Positions 29,256 to 39,223 are shown, counted from the first letter of the stretch. The stretch is DNA of 64,000 nt from Verrucomicrobiia bacterium (GCA_963664225.1 OY760937.1:3584001-3648000); one strand, 5' to 3'. Notes: generated by a model from the letters alone, not told the origin. Translations and numbers: made by a program.

Positions 29256-31115
29256 ATGAATATTCCCAATCCCAATTTCAATCTCCCCCGGCGCTCCACC
29301 GCTGCCTTCGCCCTGATCTGGGTGCTTGTTTTTTTGGCTGTAAGCATGGTGGTTTTGGGGGGCGTGATGGCCTGGACCACGACTGCCGCCCGGCTCACGG
29401 ATCGTAATAACCAGTACTCGTCCTCCCTCGCGGCCGCCGAGGCCGCCACTGAAAAGGTCGTTGGCGCCATCATGAACGATTTTCGCAACGGCAACCAGGG
29501 CCGGATTTTCCAGAACATGCCCAACTACAAGCTCATGGTCCCCACCACTTCCGAGAATGCCGAATGGGGTAAATACACCTTCACCGATCCTTTTGGCGCG
29601 TTGAACCGCATATTTGTCACCAATTTCTACACCAACGTCTTCACCAACGTCGATGCCCAGTACGCCGGCCTTTTGGGATACGCCTCCAAATACCGCGTGG
29701 TGGCCAACGCCGTCAACACCTCCGGTCCCGATCAAGTCCCCGCCGCCGTGCAACAGGATGTGCAGGTGGCCACGATTCCCATTTTCCAATACGCCATTTT
29801 TTATCATAACATCCCCATGGAGATTAGCTGCGGCCAGCCCTTCAACATCTACGGGCGTGTTCACGCCAATCAGGAAATGTATGTCCTGCCAGACAGCACC
29901 CTCAAATTCTACGATACCGTCACCGGCGTGCGCGACATCACCTTCGGACGCATGCCCGGGGACTTGCGCACCCCGCCCAGCGGCACCGTCCAATATCTGG
30001 GGGGCATGGAGACCCATGCCGCAAGTTTAAACCTGCCCATTGGCACCAACAATTCCCCTGAGGCTGTTCATGCGTTGTTGGAGACTCCGCCCGCAGGCGA
30101 GGATCCCACCACGGTCATGGGGCGTCAGCGCTATTTCAATAAGGCGGAATTGATTATCACCGTGACGAACGTGGCCTCGAGTTACCAATCGAACAATGTG
30201 ACCTCCACCACTAAGAAAGGCGTTACCACTTACACAACGAATGTCGTGACGGTGAACGTGACCAATACCATCGCCTTCGTCAACAGCGGCCGGATCAACA
30301 ATTTTGCCACCGTGGTGGCCTCAAACGAATTTCGCAGTTTCATCACCTTGACCAATAGTTTCACCGATGCCCGCGAGGGTAAAACGGTCCGCCCCATCGA
30401 TATCAATGTGGGCGCCCTCAAAAAATGGAGCGAAACCAATAGCACCCTGCGTCCCGTCCTCGGGGGCGATGTCTCACTCATCTATGTGGACGACGACCGG
30501 AACCTGTCGGCATCCGAATTGGGCGCTGTGCGCGTTTCCAACGGGCGGGATCTGCCCAGCCGGGGTCTGACCCTGGCCACGGCGCGCCCCTTGTATGTGC
30601 AGGGACATTATAACTGCACCAATAATGCCGCCCTTGGCACCACAAACACAACCACCACCAAACCCGCCTCGCTGGTTGGAGATGCCATCACCGTTTTATC
30701 CCCCCAGTGGGTGGATGCCAACAGCACTGCGGCGGTCGGATCCCGGGTGGCCATCAACACCACGGTGAACGCGGCTTTTCTGGCGGGCATCGTGGAAACC
30801 AAGACTTATAACACTTACAGCGGCGGGGTCGAAAACTTCCCCCGTTTCCTGGAAACCTGGGGGGCCTCGGCCGTTTTCACCTATAATGGGTCCATGGTTG
30901 TCATGTTTCCCAGTGTTTACGCCACGGCTCGTTGGGGGCAATCCAACGTTTACGGCCCGCCCGCGCGCAATTGGGCCTTCGACCAGAATTTTAAGAACGC
31001 GAATAAATTGCCTCCCGGAACGCCCAGTGTGAACAAGCTTTTTCGCTCCAAATGGTCCTCCGTGGCGGTGGGATCCACCGGGATCTCGGATAATTGGATC
31101 CACGGGGCATTCTGA
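29256..31115 (+). CDS. Large PilX/GspK-like minor pilin
   Basis: A|FALIWVLVFL lacks Glu5, followed by LAAAEAA as in PilX N-termini. Large C-terminal domain with GRVHAN and YSGGVENFPRFLE. Confidence 0.78.
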   Translation: MNIPNPNFNLPRRSTAAFALIWVLVFLAVSMVVLGGVMAWTTTAARLTDRNNQYSSSLAAAEAATEKVVGAIMNDFRNGNQGRIFQNMPNYKLMVPTTSENAEWGKYTFTDPFGALNRIFVTNFYTNVFTNVDAQYAGLLGYASKYRVVANAVNTSGPDQVPAAVQQDVQVATIPIFQYAIFYHNIPMEISCGQPFNIYGRVHANQEMYVLPDSTLKFYDTVTGVRDITFGRMPGDLRTPPSGTVQYLGGMETHAASLNLPIGTNNSPEAVHALLETPPAGEDPTTVMGRQRYFNKAELIITVTNVASSYQSNNVTSTTKKGVTTYTTNVVTVNVTNTIAFVNSGRINNFATVVASNEFRSFITLTNSFTDAREGKTVRPIDINVGALKKWSETNSTLRPVLGGDVSLIYVDDDRNLSASELGAVRVSNGRDLPSRGLTLATARPLYVQGHYNCTNNAALGTTNTTTTKPASLVGDAITVLSPQWVDANSTAAVGSRVAINTTVNAAFLAGIVETKTYNTYSGGVENFPRFLETWGASAVFTYNGSMVVMFPSVYATARWGQSNVYGPPARNWAFDQNFKNANKLPPGTPSVNKLFRSKWSSVAVGSTGISDNWIHGAF

Positions 31116-31226
31116 TAATGAGAAGAACCGTGACAATATTCATCAGAAAATCGAAATAGTCTTAAAACGCCATGGAAGTATATGGCGCGAATGACCACAG
31201 TCGGCCCAAATAACCGCACGCGCACA

Positions 31227-31274
31227 TCTTCTCTCCCGCCCTGCGAGGCACGAGCGGGGAGTTGGAGGGAGGGG
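31227..31274. repeat. REP-like palindrome, family also at 46943-46990 and ~60199-60222
   Basis: Shared core CCC(T/C)GCGAGGCACG(A/C)G(C/T)GGG, with flanking CTCTC / G-rich tail in the first two copies. Confidence 0.6.
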
Positions 31275-31385
31275 TTCCATCAGGAGACCTTGCTTTCTTG
31301 CTGAAGAATTTTTTCATCCACGCATAATCAAAATGACCGGTGTTCCGGTCTTGTTTAAACGATCCCGCTCGTATAACTCTAATGC

Positions 31386-32072
31386 ATGTCAATTAAGGGA
31401 TGCCTGTCACGCGCGGGACTCTTTGTCCTCGCAATAGTGACAATGACGCGGTTGATCGTTGGCCTTGCTCAGGCTCAGGAGCCTGCCGACGCCGGTATTC
31501 GGCTGGAGCGGCGCGTCGCGGCAGAGCCTGAGTATCACCAAAAATATACGAATATTGTTGTCATCCAGGGGGGGCGAAGGCTTGTTTTTCAGCCACCTGC
31601 GGGCTGGTTTGTCCGTTTGTTGGCGGCAGATCAGAAGGTGCTCTGCCAGCCGGTGGGGGCGGGTCAATGGTTATCGTTGCAAATTGTTGCAACCAATGCC
31701 CTTGTAACTAAACCCGAAATTGTGCCGCTGGCGCTGAACGCAACCAATTCCCCCGTCGCAACCAATGCGCCTGCGCCATCGAACGCATCCCTCGTCAAGC
31801 CCGAGACGCTCGAGGGATGGTACAAGACCACCATTCCTTCCGCGAAAATCACCGAAACGCATGCAATCCGCGTCAACGGTCTGGACGCTCTGGCCGCCAC
31901 GCTGCAATATTCGGATAACGGGGCATTGCGTTTCTACCAGGCGGCTTGTGTGGATTTGTTCACGAATTTTGTCCTCGTCACCCACGCCATTCCGGGCACC
32001 AACAATGGCTCCGTGTATCTGAATGGCGTGCTGAACTCCCTCTCGCTCGAAACCAACGCTCCCGCCCGCTGA
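31386..32072 (+). CDS. Exported hypothetical protein, Thr-Asn rich
   Basis: Signal peptide ending AQA; 228 aa. Confidence 0.65.
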   Translation: MSIKGCLSRAGLFVLAIVTMTRLIVGLAQAQEPADAGIRLERRVAAEPEYHQKYTNIVVIQGGRRLVFQPPAGWFVRLLAADQKVLCQPVGAGQWLSLQIVATNALVTKPEIVPLALNATNSPVATNAPAPSNASLVKPETLEGWYKTTIPSAKITETHAIRVNGLDALAATLQYSDNGALRFYQAACVDLFTNFVLVTHAIPGTNNGSVYLNGVLNSLSLETNAPAR

Positions 32073-32414
32073 CGCGTCCGCCCTGCGTCCGGGATCAGCG
32101 GGATTGCCGACGATCTGCGTCACACCGCTTCCATAAGCCCCGTTTATGGGGAGAAATGGCGCTTTTCAAGGTCTGTAAGTGCTTAAAAGCGAGCTAAAAC
32201 GCGTTATTCCGGGCCGAAAAAAATTCCACAAATTTTGTTGCATTGGGAAACGAACTGTGGTCATATATTGGACAGTTCCCAATAAACCAATCAGTTGATT
32301 AGCTTGATAACCAGAGCCGAAGTGCGTTTTTCCGACGTGCGAGAGCATGGGCGAGTGCCATTGCTTGCTTTGGCGTTTGGGCTGGTCACGTAGCAACCAG
32401 ACAGAGGATAACAT

Positions 32415-35400
32415 ATGCGATACACGCGACTCAAAGTGCTCGCGCTGGCGCTCGGGATGGCTGGGTTAGCCACCTTCGGGGCCAAAGCAGCGGGCGAGGT
32501 GTTCATAGACGCAGATATTGGAGCCCCGACTTTTGTGGGTTCATCGACCGTATCTGGCACTCAAGTAACCATAAAAGGCGGCGGTTCCGATATTTGGGAC
32601 AGTGCGGATCATTTCCATTATTATTACACCGTTAAAGACGGCGGTTTCGATGTCATTGTGCGGGTCGTTGACCTTCAGGGTCCGGATAATTGGACCAAGT
32701 TTGAAATCATGGCGCGCGAAGCGCTGGATGACGGCACAGGAACCCTGGTTCCCGCAGCCGGTGATCGCCACGTCAGCTTGATGACCACTCGCGCGGCCGG
32801 TCAAAACCAGATTGGTCTTCAGGATCGTCTCGTCAGAGATGGCGGCTCGGGCAATCCTGGCAGCACGGCGACTCCCTCCTATCCCAATACATGGCTGCGT
32901 CTCACCCGTTCGGGTGCCGTGATCTATCTGTATAACGGAACAGATGGCGTAAACTGGAATGCGTTGGGTAATGTGGACACCAGCGTGACCGCCGGTGGCG
33001 CCTTCCCCAGCAAATTGCTCCTCGGTTTTGCCGTCACAGCGCATAACGACGGGGATGTGAACGGTGCGACCGCCGTGATCGACAACGTGCAATTCCTGGT
33101 TGCTCCGCCGGAAGTCACCGCTTCCACTCCGGCCAACCATGCTTCCTACGTGAGTCCTTCCACCAGTTACGCCTTCACGATGAAATCCGTGCCAGGCGTG
33201 GACGTGACCAACATTGTCTTCAAGGTCAATGGCGTGGACAAGAGCTCTTCGTTGACGTTCACTGGAACACCCAATGAGCGCATTGGAACTTACCCTGGTC
33301 CGTTCGTCGAGAATCAGGTCTATAATTTCCAGATCACCCTCAAGGATGTCACCGGTCTTTCGAGCACCGCCAACCTCTCTTTTGACACCTTCCTGCAAAC
33401 CAACTACAGCGTTGAAGCCGAGGATTTCAACTTCAGTGGCGGCCAATATGTGGATAATCCTCCCATTGGCTCGCTTTCTCCTTATGCGCCCGCGATCGGC
33501 ACGCCCAACATCGACGAGTTTCGTCCTGATACCGGTGGTAATCACGATTACCGCACCTTCACAGATGTCAACGGCATAACGACCTCAGATGTCGTCGGTG
33601 TGCGCGTGCGGCCCGGCAACGAGATCCTGCGCAAAGCTTATGTGGATGCTGCGGTTAGCGATCCCCTCGCCGAAGATTACATCGTCGGCTGGCTCGCTAA
33701 CACCGAATGGCTCAATTACACCCGCACATTCCCGGCCGGCACATACCAGATGTATGCCCGTATCGCGCATGGTGACGGCAATGGCTCGGTCAACCGCATG
33801 GACTGGGTGACCAGTGGTGCGACCACCGCCAACCAGGTCACCGCTCCGATGGGTATCGTCCAAGGCCCCACAACCGGTTCTTATGATGTCTTCACCTTCA
33901 CTCCGTTGACGGATGCAGTGGGCAACAAGCTCGTTCAGCGCATTACCGCTGGTGTCAAAACCATGCGTTATACCAAGCTCTCGGGCGGATGCGACATGAA
34001 CTTCTTCTCGTTTGTGCCCGTGGCTGATCCCGGCACCCTGGCCCCGTTCCTGTCTTCCGTTTACCCGACGCCCAACCTGACGGGTGTCAGCCCTGTGGCG
34101 GATATCACAGCCTCGATCACGGATCGCGACACCAAGGTCAATTCCGCCAGTGTTCAATTGATCATGGACGGAACCAACGATATCACTGCTGGATTGGTGA
34201 AAACCACCGTGGCCAGCGGGTTGAACCTGACCTATTCCTCGACGAACATCTATCCCGCCAGCAGCGTGCATACCCTGACGCTGATCTATGCGGATAATGC
34301 GGCCACGCCGAACAAGTTCACCAACACCTGGCAATATACGATCACGGGCGGTTACACCATTCTGCCCGCCTCAATCGCCCTGCCTGTGGGCAGCGGCCAA
34401 ACCCCTGGTTTCACGACCCGCCTGGTCCAGACCAGCACCGGCAGCGCGAACACGACAGCGTTCACCGAAGAAGAACTGATGGGCGTCTATCCCATCATTT
34501 ACAGCTCGGCGGATTTCACTGCCCAGGTGATCAATTATAACGGCAATGGCAGCTCCGGCAACTTCGCCAACGACACGCTCTTCTCGACGGCGTTTGGTGC
34601 GGCCATTGTGGACGCCAGCGCAGCCAACCTGGCCACGGAAACCGTGACCTATCTCGCCCTCAAACGCGGCTTCTACCGCATGGGTGTGAACAGCGATGAC
34701 GGCTTCCGCGTGACTGCGGGCACCCTCCCTGGCAATACCGCCATCAAGGTCGGTACCGTCCTCGGAGAATACAGCGGTGGCCGTGGCGTTGCAGACACGG
34801 ACTTCGACTTCGTCGCCCCGTTGGACGGCGTCTATCCGTTCCGCCTTGCCTATGAACAGGGCGGTGGCGGTTTCGGCTTCGAGTGGTTCTCGGTGGATCC
34901 CGTGAGCGGCGTTCGCACGCTGATCAACGATTCGGCCAGTGCGACCTCGATCAAGGCCTATCGTTTCAGCTCCGGGATGCCGCAGAATGTCGTCACCATT
35001 GTGAGCAATCTGCCTCCGACGCTGCCGGTGGTTGAAAACACCAAGCTCTCGCTCTCCGCGACAGCCACGGCGTCCCTCTTCGGGGACACCATCACGAACA
35101 ACGTCCTGTTCGTCTATCACTGGACCCGGGACGGCGCTGAAATCGTGGGCGATACCGCCATCAAGGGCACATCCGGCCCGATCTTGAGCATCGACCTAGC
35201 CCAACTCTACCAGGGCGGTCTCTACCAGTGCGAAGTTTCGCTTCCTGGTTTCCCGTCCATCAAGAGCGTCGCCTGCCAGGTGACCGTGGCGGCTGATACC
35301 ATCATTCCCACTGTGACCTCCATCAGCGGCAACGGCGCGTTGAACAGCATCACGATCAACTTCTCGGAGCCTCTCAATGCGGGCACGCTGGTCGCCTCGT

Positions 35401-37544
35401 CCTTCTCGGTCGATGGCGGGCTTACGATTACAGGTGTGACGCCGACCGTGGATCCCAACACGGGCAACACCATGCAGGTGGTTCTGTCCACCATTCCTCA
35501 GACCGAAGGCAAGCGCTACACGGTCAACATCAACAACGTGACCGACAGCGTTGGCAACACGATGGTCAATGTGAAGGCGTCCTTCAACGCCTATATCACG
35601 GATCCCACAGTCAAGATGCTCTGCGAGTTCTATGATAACATCGGCAGCATCGCCGCCCTGCAGGCCAGCGCGAAATTCCTCGCCGACATTCCGGATCGGG
35701 TTACTCCCGCGCCTGACTTCCAGACACCGACTTGGGAAAACGGTTCGACCTATGGTGGCCGCCTGGCCTCCGTGGTGACGGCTCCTGTCACAGGAAACTA
35801 TGTGTTCCACCTCGCCACTGACGACGGCGGTCAGCTCTATGTCAGCCAGGATGAGACTCCGGGTAACTGGGTTCTCGCTGCGGATGGCGTGACGACCTTT
35901 GTGGCCTCTGTTACGAGCTGGACCAATCAACGCGAGTGGGGAAATGCCTCCTCGATTCCTTCGGCTCCGATCCCCCTGGTTGCGGGCAAGAAGTACTACA
36001 TCGAAGCGCTCTGGAATGAGGGCGGCGGCGGCGACGGTTGCGCGGTTGGCTGGGCGATCCCCGGTAACACGAACATCGTCGTCATCCCTGCCAGCGCCAT
36101 GGGCGCCCAGAAAGTGGATATCAGCAACGCCAAGATCATGATCGGCCAGCAGCCTGTGGCTCTGACGGTCGCTGAAAACGGCGCTGCGAGCTTCTCGGTC
36201 ACCGTGACCAATGCCGTTTCGCAGTTCAGCACCAATGCAGCGGTGGACTATCAATGGCAGAAGAATGGCGCGAATGTGGCCGCGAATGGCAACAGCGCCA
36301 CTTACAGCATTGCAGCGGCTGCGCTGGCTGATAGTGGGGCCACCTTCCAGGTCATCATGCATGTGCCCGGCCTGAGCGTGACCAGCGCTCCTGTCGTGTT
36401 GACGGTGACCAAGGATTCGACCGCCCCGGTGGCCGTTTCCGCGGGAACATTGGCTACCGCGCCCACAACCGTGGGTGTGCTGTTCAGCGAGTTCGTGGAT
36501 ACTGCCAGCGCGCAGACCATCGCGAACTACACGGTCTCCGGTGCGACCGTCACCAGCGCGACACTCCTGCCCAGCGGCAAGGCGGTGGCACTGGCATTGA
36601 ACGCGGCTGTCGTGAGCGGCGCCACGGTCAAGGTTGAGAATGTCAAGGATATGGCGGCCACGCCTAATACGCTGGCTTCCACGACGCTGACAATCGCCTT
36701 CAACGACCTGACATCCAAGGATGTGGGCACAGTCAACACGACCAACAGCGCGCTCTTCACCGATCCCATCTATGTGGGTTCGACAGTGGCGCTCGGTAAT
36801 GGTGCGTTCGAAGTGAAAGCCGGCGGTACCGACATCTGGGATGTTCGCGATGGTTTCCACTTCACCTATAAAGAAGTGACCGGTGACTTCGAAGCGAAGG
36901 TTCGCGTCGAGAGCCTCCTGATCACCTCCACTTGGACGAAGGCTGGTTTGATGGTTCGCGAATCGCTGGATGCCGGCTCACGCAACCTCAACACAGTGGT
37001 GGATCCGACAGCGGGCGCCAACGTCTGGGAGCCGAACTACCGCGCCGAAACCAATGGCGCCAGCTCCGGATGGCCGGGTGAAATCGCCCGCGTCAGCCCG
37101 GTGACCTATCCCGACGCCTGGATCAAGCTCAAACGCGAAGGTCAGGTCATGACCAGCTTCAAGAGCACCAATGGCGTGGATTGGGTGACCCTGGCCACCT
37201 ACACCAACACGTCCACCACCAACCCATACCCGGCGAAGATGCTGGTGGGTATGTGCGTGACGGCTCATGACAACGGCGGCACGAACACCGTCGCCGAACT
37301 CCGTGACTACACCTTGACAACAGGTGGAACCGTCGAAGTGCCGACCATCACGGTCAGCCGCGTGAAGCCCAATATGGTCATCACGTGGGATGCCGCGAAG
37401 GGTGCTGGCTTCCAGCTCTACAGCGCGCCGACGATCAAGGGAACGTGGGCCGTGGAAGAGACGTCTCCTGTGACCGCCAACGGCGTGGTTACCGTGACTC
37501 TGCCGACGACCGAAGACAAGCGGTTCTTCCAACTTAAAAAGTAA
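32415..37544 (+). CDS. 1709-aa secreted multidomain surface protein/adhesin (beta-sandwich lectin-like ends, CBM-like, two PA14, Ig-like domains)
   Basis: Signal peptide. Duplicated GG(S/T)DIWD..D.FH domain at both ends, VEAEDF CBM-like module, PA14 motifs NSDDGF and ATDDGG, QWQKNG Ig module, C-terminal RFFQL tail. RBS AGAGGA. Confidence 0.82.
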   Translation: MRYTRLKVLALALGMAGLATFGAKAAGEVFIDADIGAPTFVGSSTVSGTQVTIKGGGSDIWDSADHFHYYYTVKDGGFDVIVRVVDLQGPDNWTKFEIMAREALDDGTGTLVPAAGDRHVSLMTTRAAGQNQIGLQDRLVRDGGSGNPGSTATPSYPNTWLRLTRSGAVIYLYNGTDGVNWNALGNVDTSVTAGGAFPSKLLLGFAVTAHNDGDVNGATAVIDNVQFLVAPPEVTASTPANHASYVSPSTSYAFTMKSVPGVDVTNIVFKVNGVDKSSSLTFTGTPNERIGTYPGPFVENQVYNFQITLKDVTGLSSTANLSFDTFLQTNYSVEAEDFNFSGGQYVDNPPIGSLSPYAPAIGTPNIDEFRPDTGGNHDYRTFTDVNGITTSDVVGVRVRPGNEILRKAYVDAAVSDPLAEDYIVGWLANTEWLNYTRTFPAGTYQMYARIAHGDGNGSVNRMDWVTSGATTANQVTAPMGIVQGPTTGSYDVFTFTPLTDAVGNKLVQRITAGVKTMRYTKLSGGCDMNFFSFVPVADPGTLAPFLSSVYPTPNLTGVSPVADITASITDRDTKVNSASVQLIMDGTNDITAGLVKTTVASGLNLTYSSTNIYPASSVHTLTLIYADNAATPNKFTNTWQYTITGGYTILPASIALPVGSGQTPGFTTRLVQTSTGSANTTAFTEEELMGVYPIIYSSADFTAQVINYNGNGSSGNFANDTLFSTAFGAAIVDASAANLATETVTYLALKRGFYRMGVNSDDGFRVTAGTLPGNTAIKVGTVLGEYSGGRGVADTDFDFVAPLDGVYPFRLAYEQGGGGFGFEWFSVDPVSGVRTLINDSASATSIKAYRFSSGMPQNVVTIVSNLPPTLPVVENTKLSLSATATASLFGDTITNNVLFVYHWTRDGAEIVGDTAIKGTSGPILSIDLAQLYQGGLYQCEVSLPGFPSIKSVACQVTVAADTIIPTVTSISGNGALNSITINFSEPLNAGTLVASSFSVDGGLTITGVTPTVDPNTGNTMQVVLSTIPQTEGKRYTVNINNVTDSVGNTMVNVKASFNAYITDPTVKMLCEFYDNIGSIAALQASAKFLADIPDRVTPAPDFQTPTWENGSTYGGRLASVVTAPVTGNYVFHLATDDGGQLYVSQDETPGNWVLAADGVTTFVASVTSWTNQREWGNASSIPSAPIPLVAGKKYYIEALWNEGGGGDGCAVGWAIPGNTNIVVIPASAMGAQKVDISNAKIMIGQQPVALTVAENGAASFSVTVTNAVSQFSTNAAVDYQWQKNGANVAANGNSATYSIAAAALADSGATFQVIMHVPGLSVTSAPVVLTVTKDSTAPVAVSAGTLATAPTTVGVLFSEFVDTASAQTIANYTVSGATVTSATLLPSGKAVALALNAAVVSGATVKVENVKDMAATPNTLASTTLTIAFNDLTSKDVGTVNTTNSALFTDPIYVGSTVALGNGAFEVKAGGTDIWDVRDGFHFTYKEVTGDFEAKVRVESLLITSTWTKAGLMVRESLDAGSRNLNTVVDPTAGANVWEPNYRAETNGASSGWPGEIARVSPVTYPDAWIKLKREGQVMTSFKSTNGVDWVTLATYTNTSTTNPYPAKMLVGMCVTAHDNGGTNTVAELRDYTLTTGGTVEVPTITVSRVKPNMVITWDAAKGAGFQLYSAPTIKGTWAVEETSPVTANGVVTVTLPTTEDKRFFQLKK

Positions 37545-37575
37545 TTCCGGGATAACCGGTTTAACTTAAATCACG

Positions 37576-37614
37576 AGAGGCCGGGCCCTAAAAAGCCCGG
37601 CCTCTTTTCTTTTT
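37576..37614 (+). terminator. Intrinsic terminator
   Basis: AGAGGCCGGGC-loop-GCCCGGCCTCT followed by TTTCTTTTT. Confidence 0.88.
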
Positions 37615-37683
37615 CAGTAGGCACTCACGGGCCTCGGAAAACCAATCCCGGATTGGGATCTGAAAAAAAGTTGGTGAGAGTTG

Positions 37684-37890
37684 TTGACATGGTTTCGTTA
37701 AATTGTTTCCGTTCATTCCATGAGACGGGCATCCGGCTGCCGCGGAACCATTCTGAGGTTCCGCTCGGGGCAGGCGCGTCAGGCGTTGAAGCGATAACGC
37801 CGGAGCGCCGGGAGTATTTCTGTCAACAGGTTCCCGGACAAGAGGGCGGCATTCCATCGGTCCATTATTCCCGCCGCCATTATTTTTTGT
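37684..37890 (+). promoter_or_regulatory. arg operon promoter and structured leader with putative Arg-rich leader peptide (37720-37797)
   Basis: TTGACA at 37684, uORF MRRASGCRGTILRFRSGQARQALKR*, four GC-rich stems, the last followed by ATTATTTTTT. Confidence 0.5.
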
Positions 37891-37911
37891 AACTGGAGTT
37901 GAGTGATTTAA

Positions 37912-39219
37912 ATGAAAGAGTCGATTAGGAAAATAACCGGAGCCATCACGGCTCCTCGCGGATTCCATGCGTCGGGCGTGTTCTGCGACATCAAAAAACT
38001 CGGCACGGGCAAGGGCTCGAACAAGGGACGCAAGCGCGACCTGGGCCTTCTGGTGTCCGAGGTGCCCGCCACCGTCGCCGGGCTGTTCACCACCAATCAG
38101 GTTTGCGCCGCGCCGGTCAAGGTGAGCCTGGTCCGCGCCCAGCAGGAGACCGCGCGCGCCATTGTGGCCAACTCAGGCAACGCCAACGCCTGCACGGGCG
38201 CCGTTGGAATGCGCGATGCCGAGGCCATGACGGAAATGGTCGCCAGCCGGTTGGGACTGCCCGCCCGCGAGGTTCTGGTGTGCTCCACCGGGCGCATCGG
38301 CGTGACGCTGCCCATGACCAACGTGGAGCAGGGCATTGCCTCCGCAGTCGCCCTGTTGGACAAAAGCCCCGACAGCGCGCATCACCTCACAGAGTCGATC
38401 ATGACCAGTGACACCCGTCCCAAAGAGGTGGCGGTTGAATTTGTTTTGAACGGACGGAAGGTGCGGCTGGCGGGAATTTGCAAGGGCGCGGGCATGATCC
38501 AGCCCGGTATGAGCGTCACGGGTCGTCGGCCCGCGGCAATGCCCCTCCATGCCACCATGCTTTGCATGCTCACCACGGATGCCGCCATCGAATCCCCCGC
38601 TTTGAAGGCCGCATTGGAAGCCGCGGTCGCGCAGAGCTTCAACCGGATCACCGTGGACGGCGACATGAGCACGAACGATTCGGTCATCATCCTGGCCAAC
38701 GGCCTTGCCGGGAATAAGCGTTTGGAACTGGCCCGACGGCCGAGCGCCGATTTTGTCCGGTTTCAGGAGGCATTGGATTATGTCACGCTGGAACTGGCGA
38801 AGATGATCGTCCGGGATGGCGAGGGGGTCTCGCGGTTCGTCACGGTGCGGGTCTCGGGCGCGGAATCGTTCGCGGACGCGGATGCCGCGGCGCGGGCGGT
38901 GGCCAACAGCGCGCTGGTCAAGACCAGTTGGTGCGGCGGCGATCCCAACTGGGGCCGGATTCTCGATGCGCTGGGATATTCATCCGCGCATATCGTGGAG
39001 GAGAAGGTGAGCATGGGATACAGCCTGCCGGGAAAGGATACCGTCATGCTGGCGTTGCAGCAGGGCCAGCCGTCGTCCACGCCTTTGGCCGCCCTCAAGA
39101 AAATCACCGGACTCAAGGAATTCGACCTGCACATCGACTTGAACCTGGGTTCCAGCGAGGCCGTCATCTACACGGCGGACCTGACGGAAGAATACGTCGA
39201 TTTCAACAAGGGAGAGTGA
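37912..39219 (+). CDS. argJ: Bifunctional ornithine acetyltransferase/N-acetylglutamate synthase
   Basis: NSGNANACTG, STGRIG, KGAGMI.P, ATML autocleavage site, DGDMSTND, DGEG. Confidence 0.96.
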   Translation: MKESIRKITGAITAPRGFHASGVFCDIKKLGTGKGSNKGRKRDLGLLVSEVPATVAGLFTTNQVCAAPVKVSLVRAQQETARAIVANSGNANACTGAVGMRDAEAMTEMVASRLGLPAREVLVCSTGRIGVTLPMTNVEQGIASAVALLDKSPDSAHHLTESIMTSDTRPKEVAVEFVLNGRKVRLAGICKGAGMIQPGMSVTGRRPAAMPLHATMLCMLTTDAAIESPALKAALEAAVAQSFNRITVDGDMSTNDSVIILANGLAGNKRLELARRPSADFVRFQEALDYVTLELAKMIVRDGEGVSRFVTVRVSGAESFADADAAARAVANSALVKTSWCGGDPNWGRILDALGYSSAHIVEEKVSMGYSLPGKDTVMLALQQGQPSSTPLAALKKITGLKEFDLHIDLNLGSSEAVIYTADLTEEYVDFNKGE

Positions 39220-39223
39220 GCCA

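Noticed and set aside
37730..37880. Known riboswitch (guanidine/ykkC, lysine, SAM) before argJ
   Set aside because: Only short fragments (GGTTCCG, GGACAAGA, GGAGCGC) resemble consensus pieces; no full architecture could be matched by eye.
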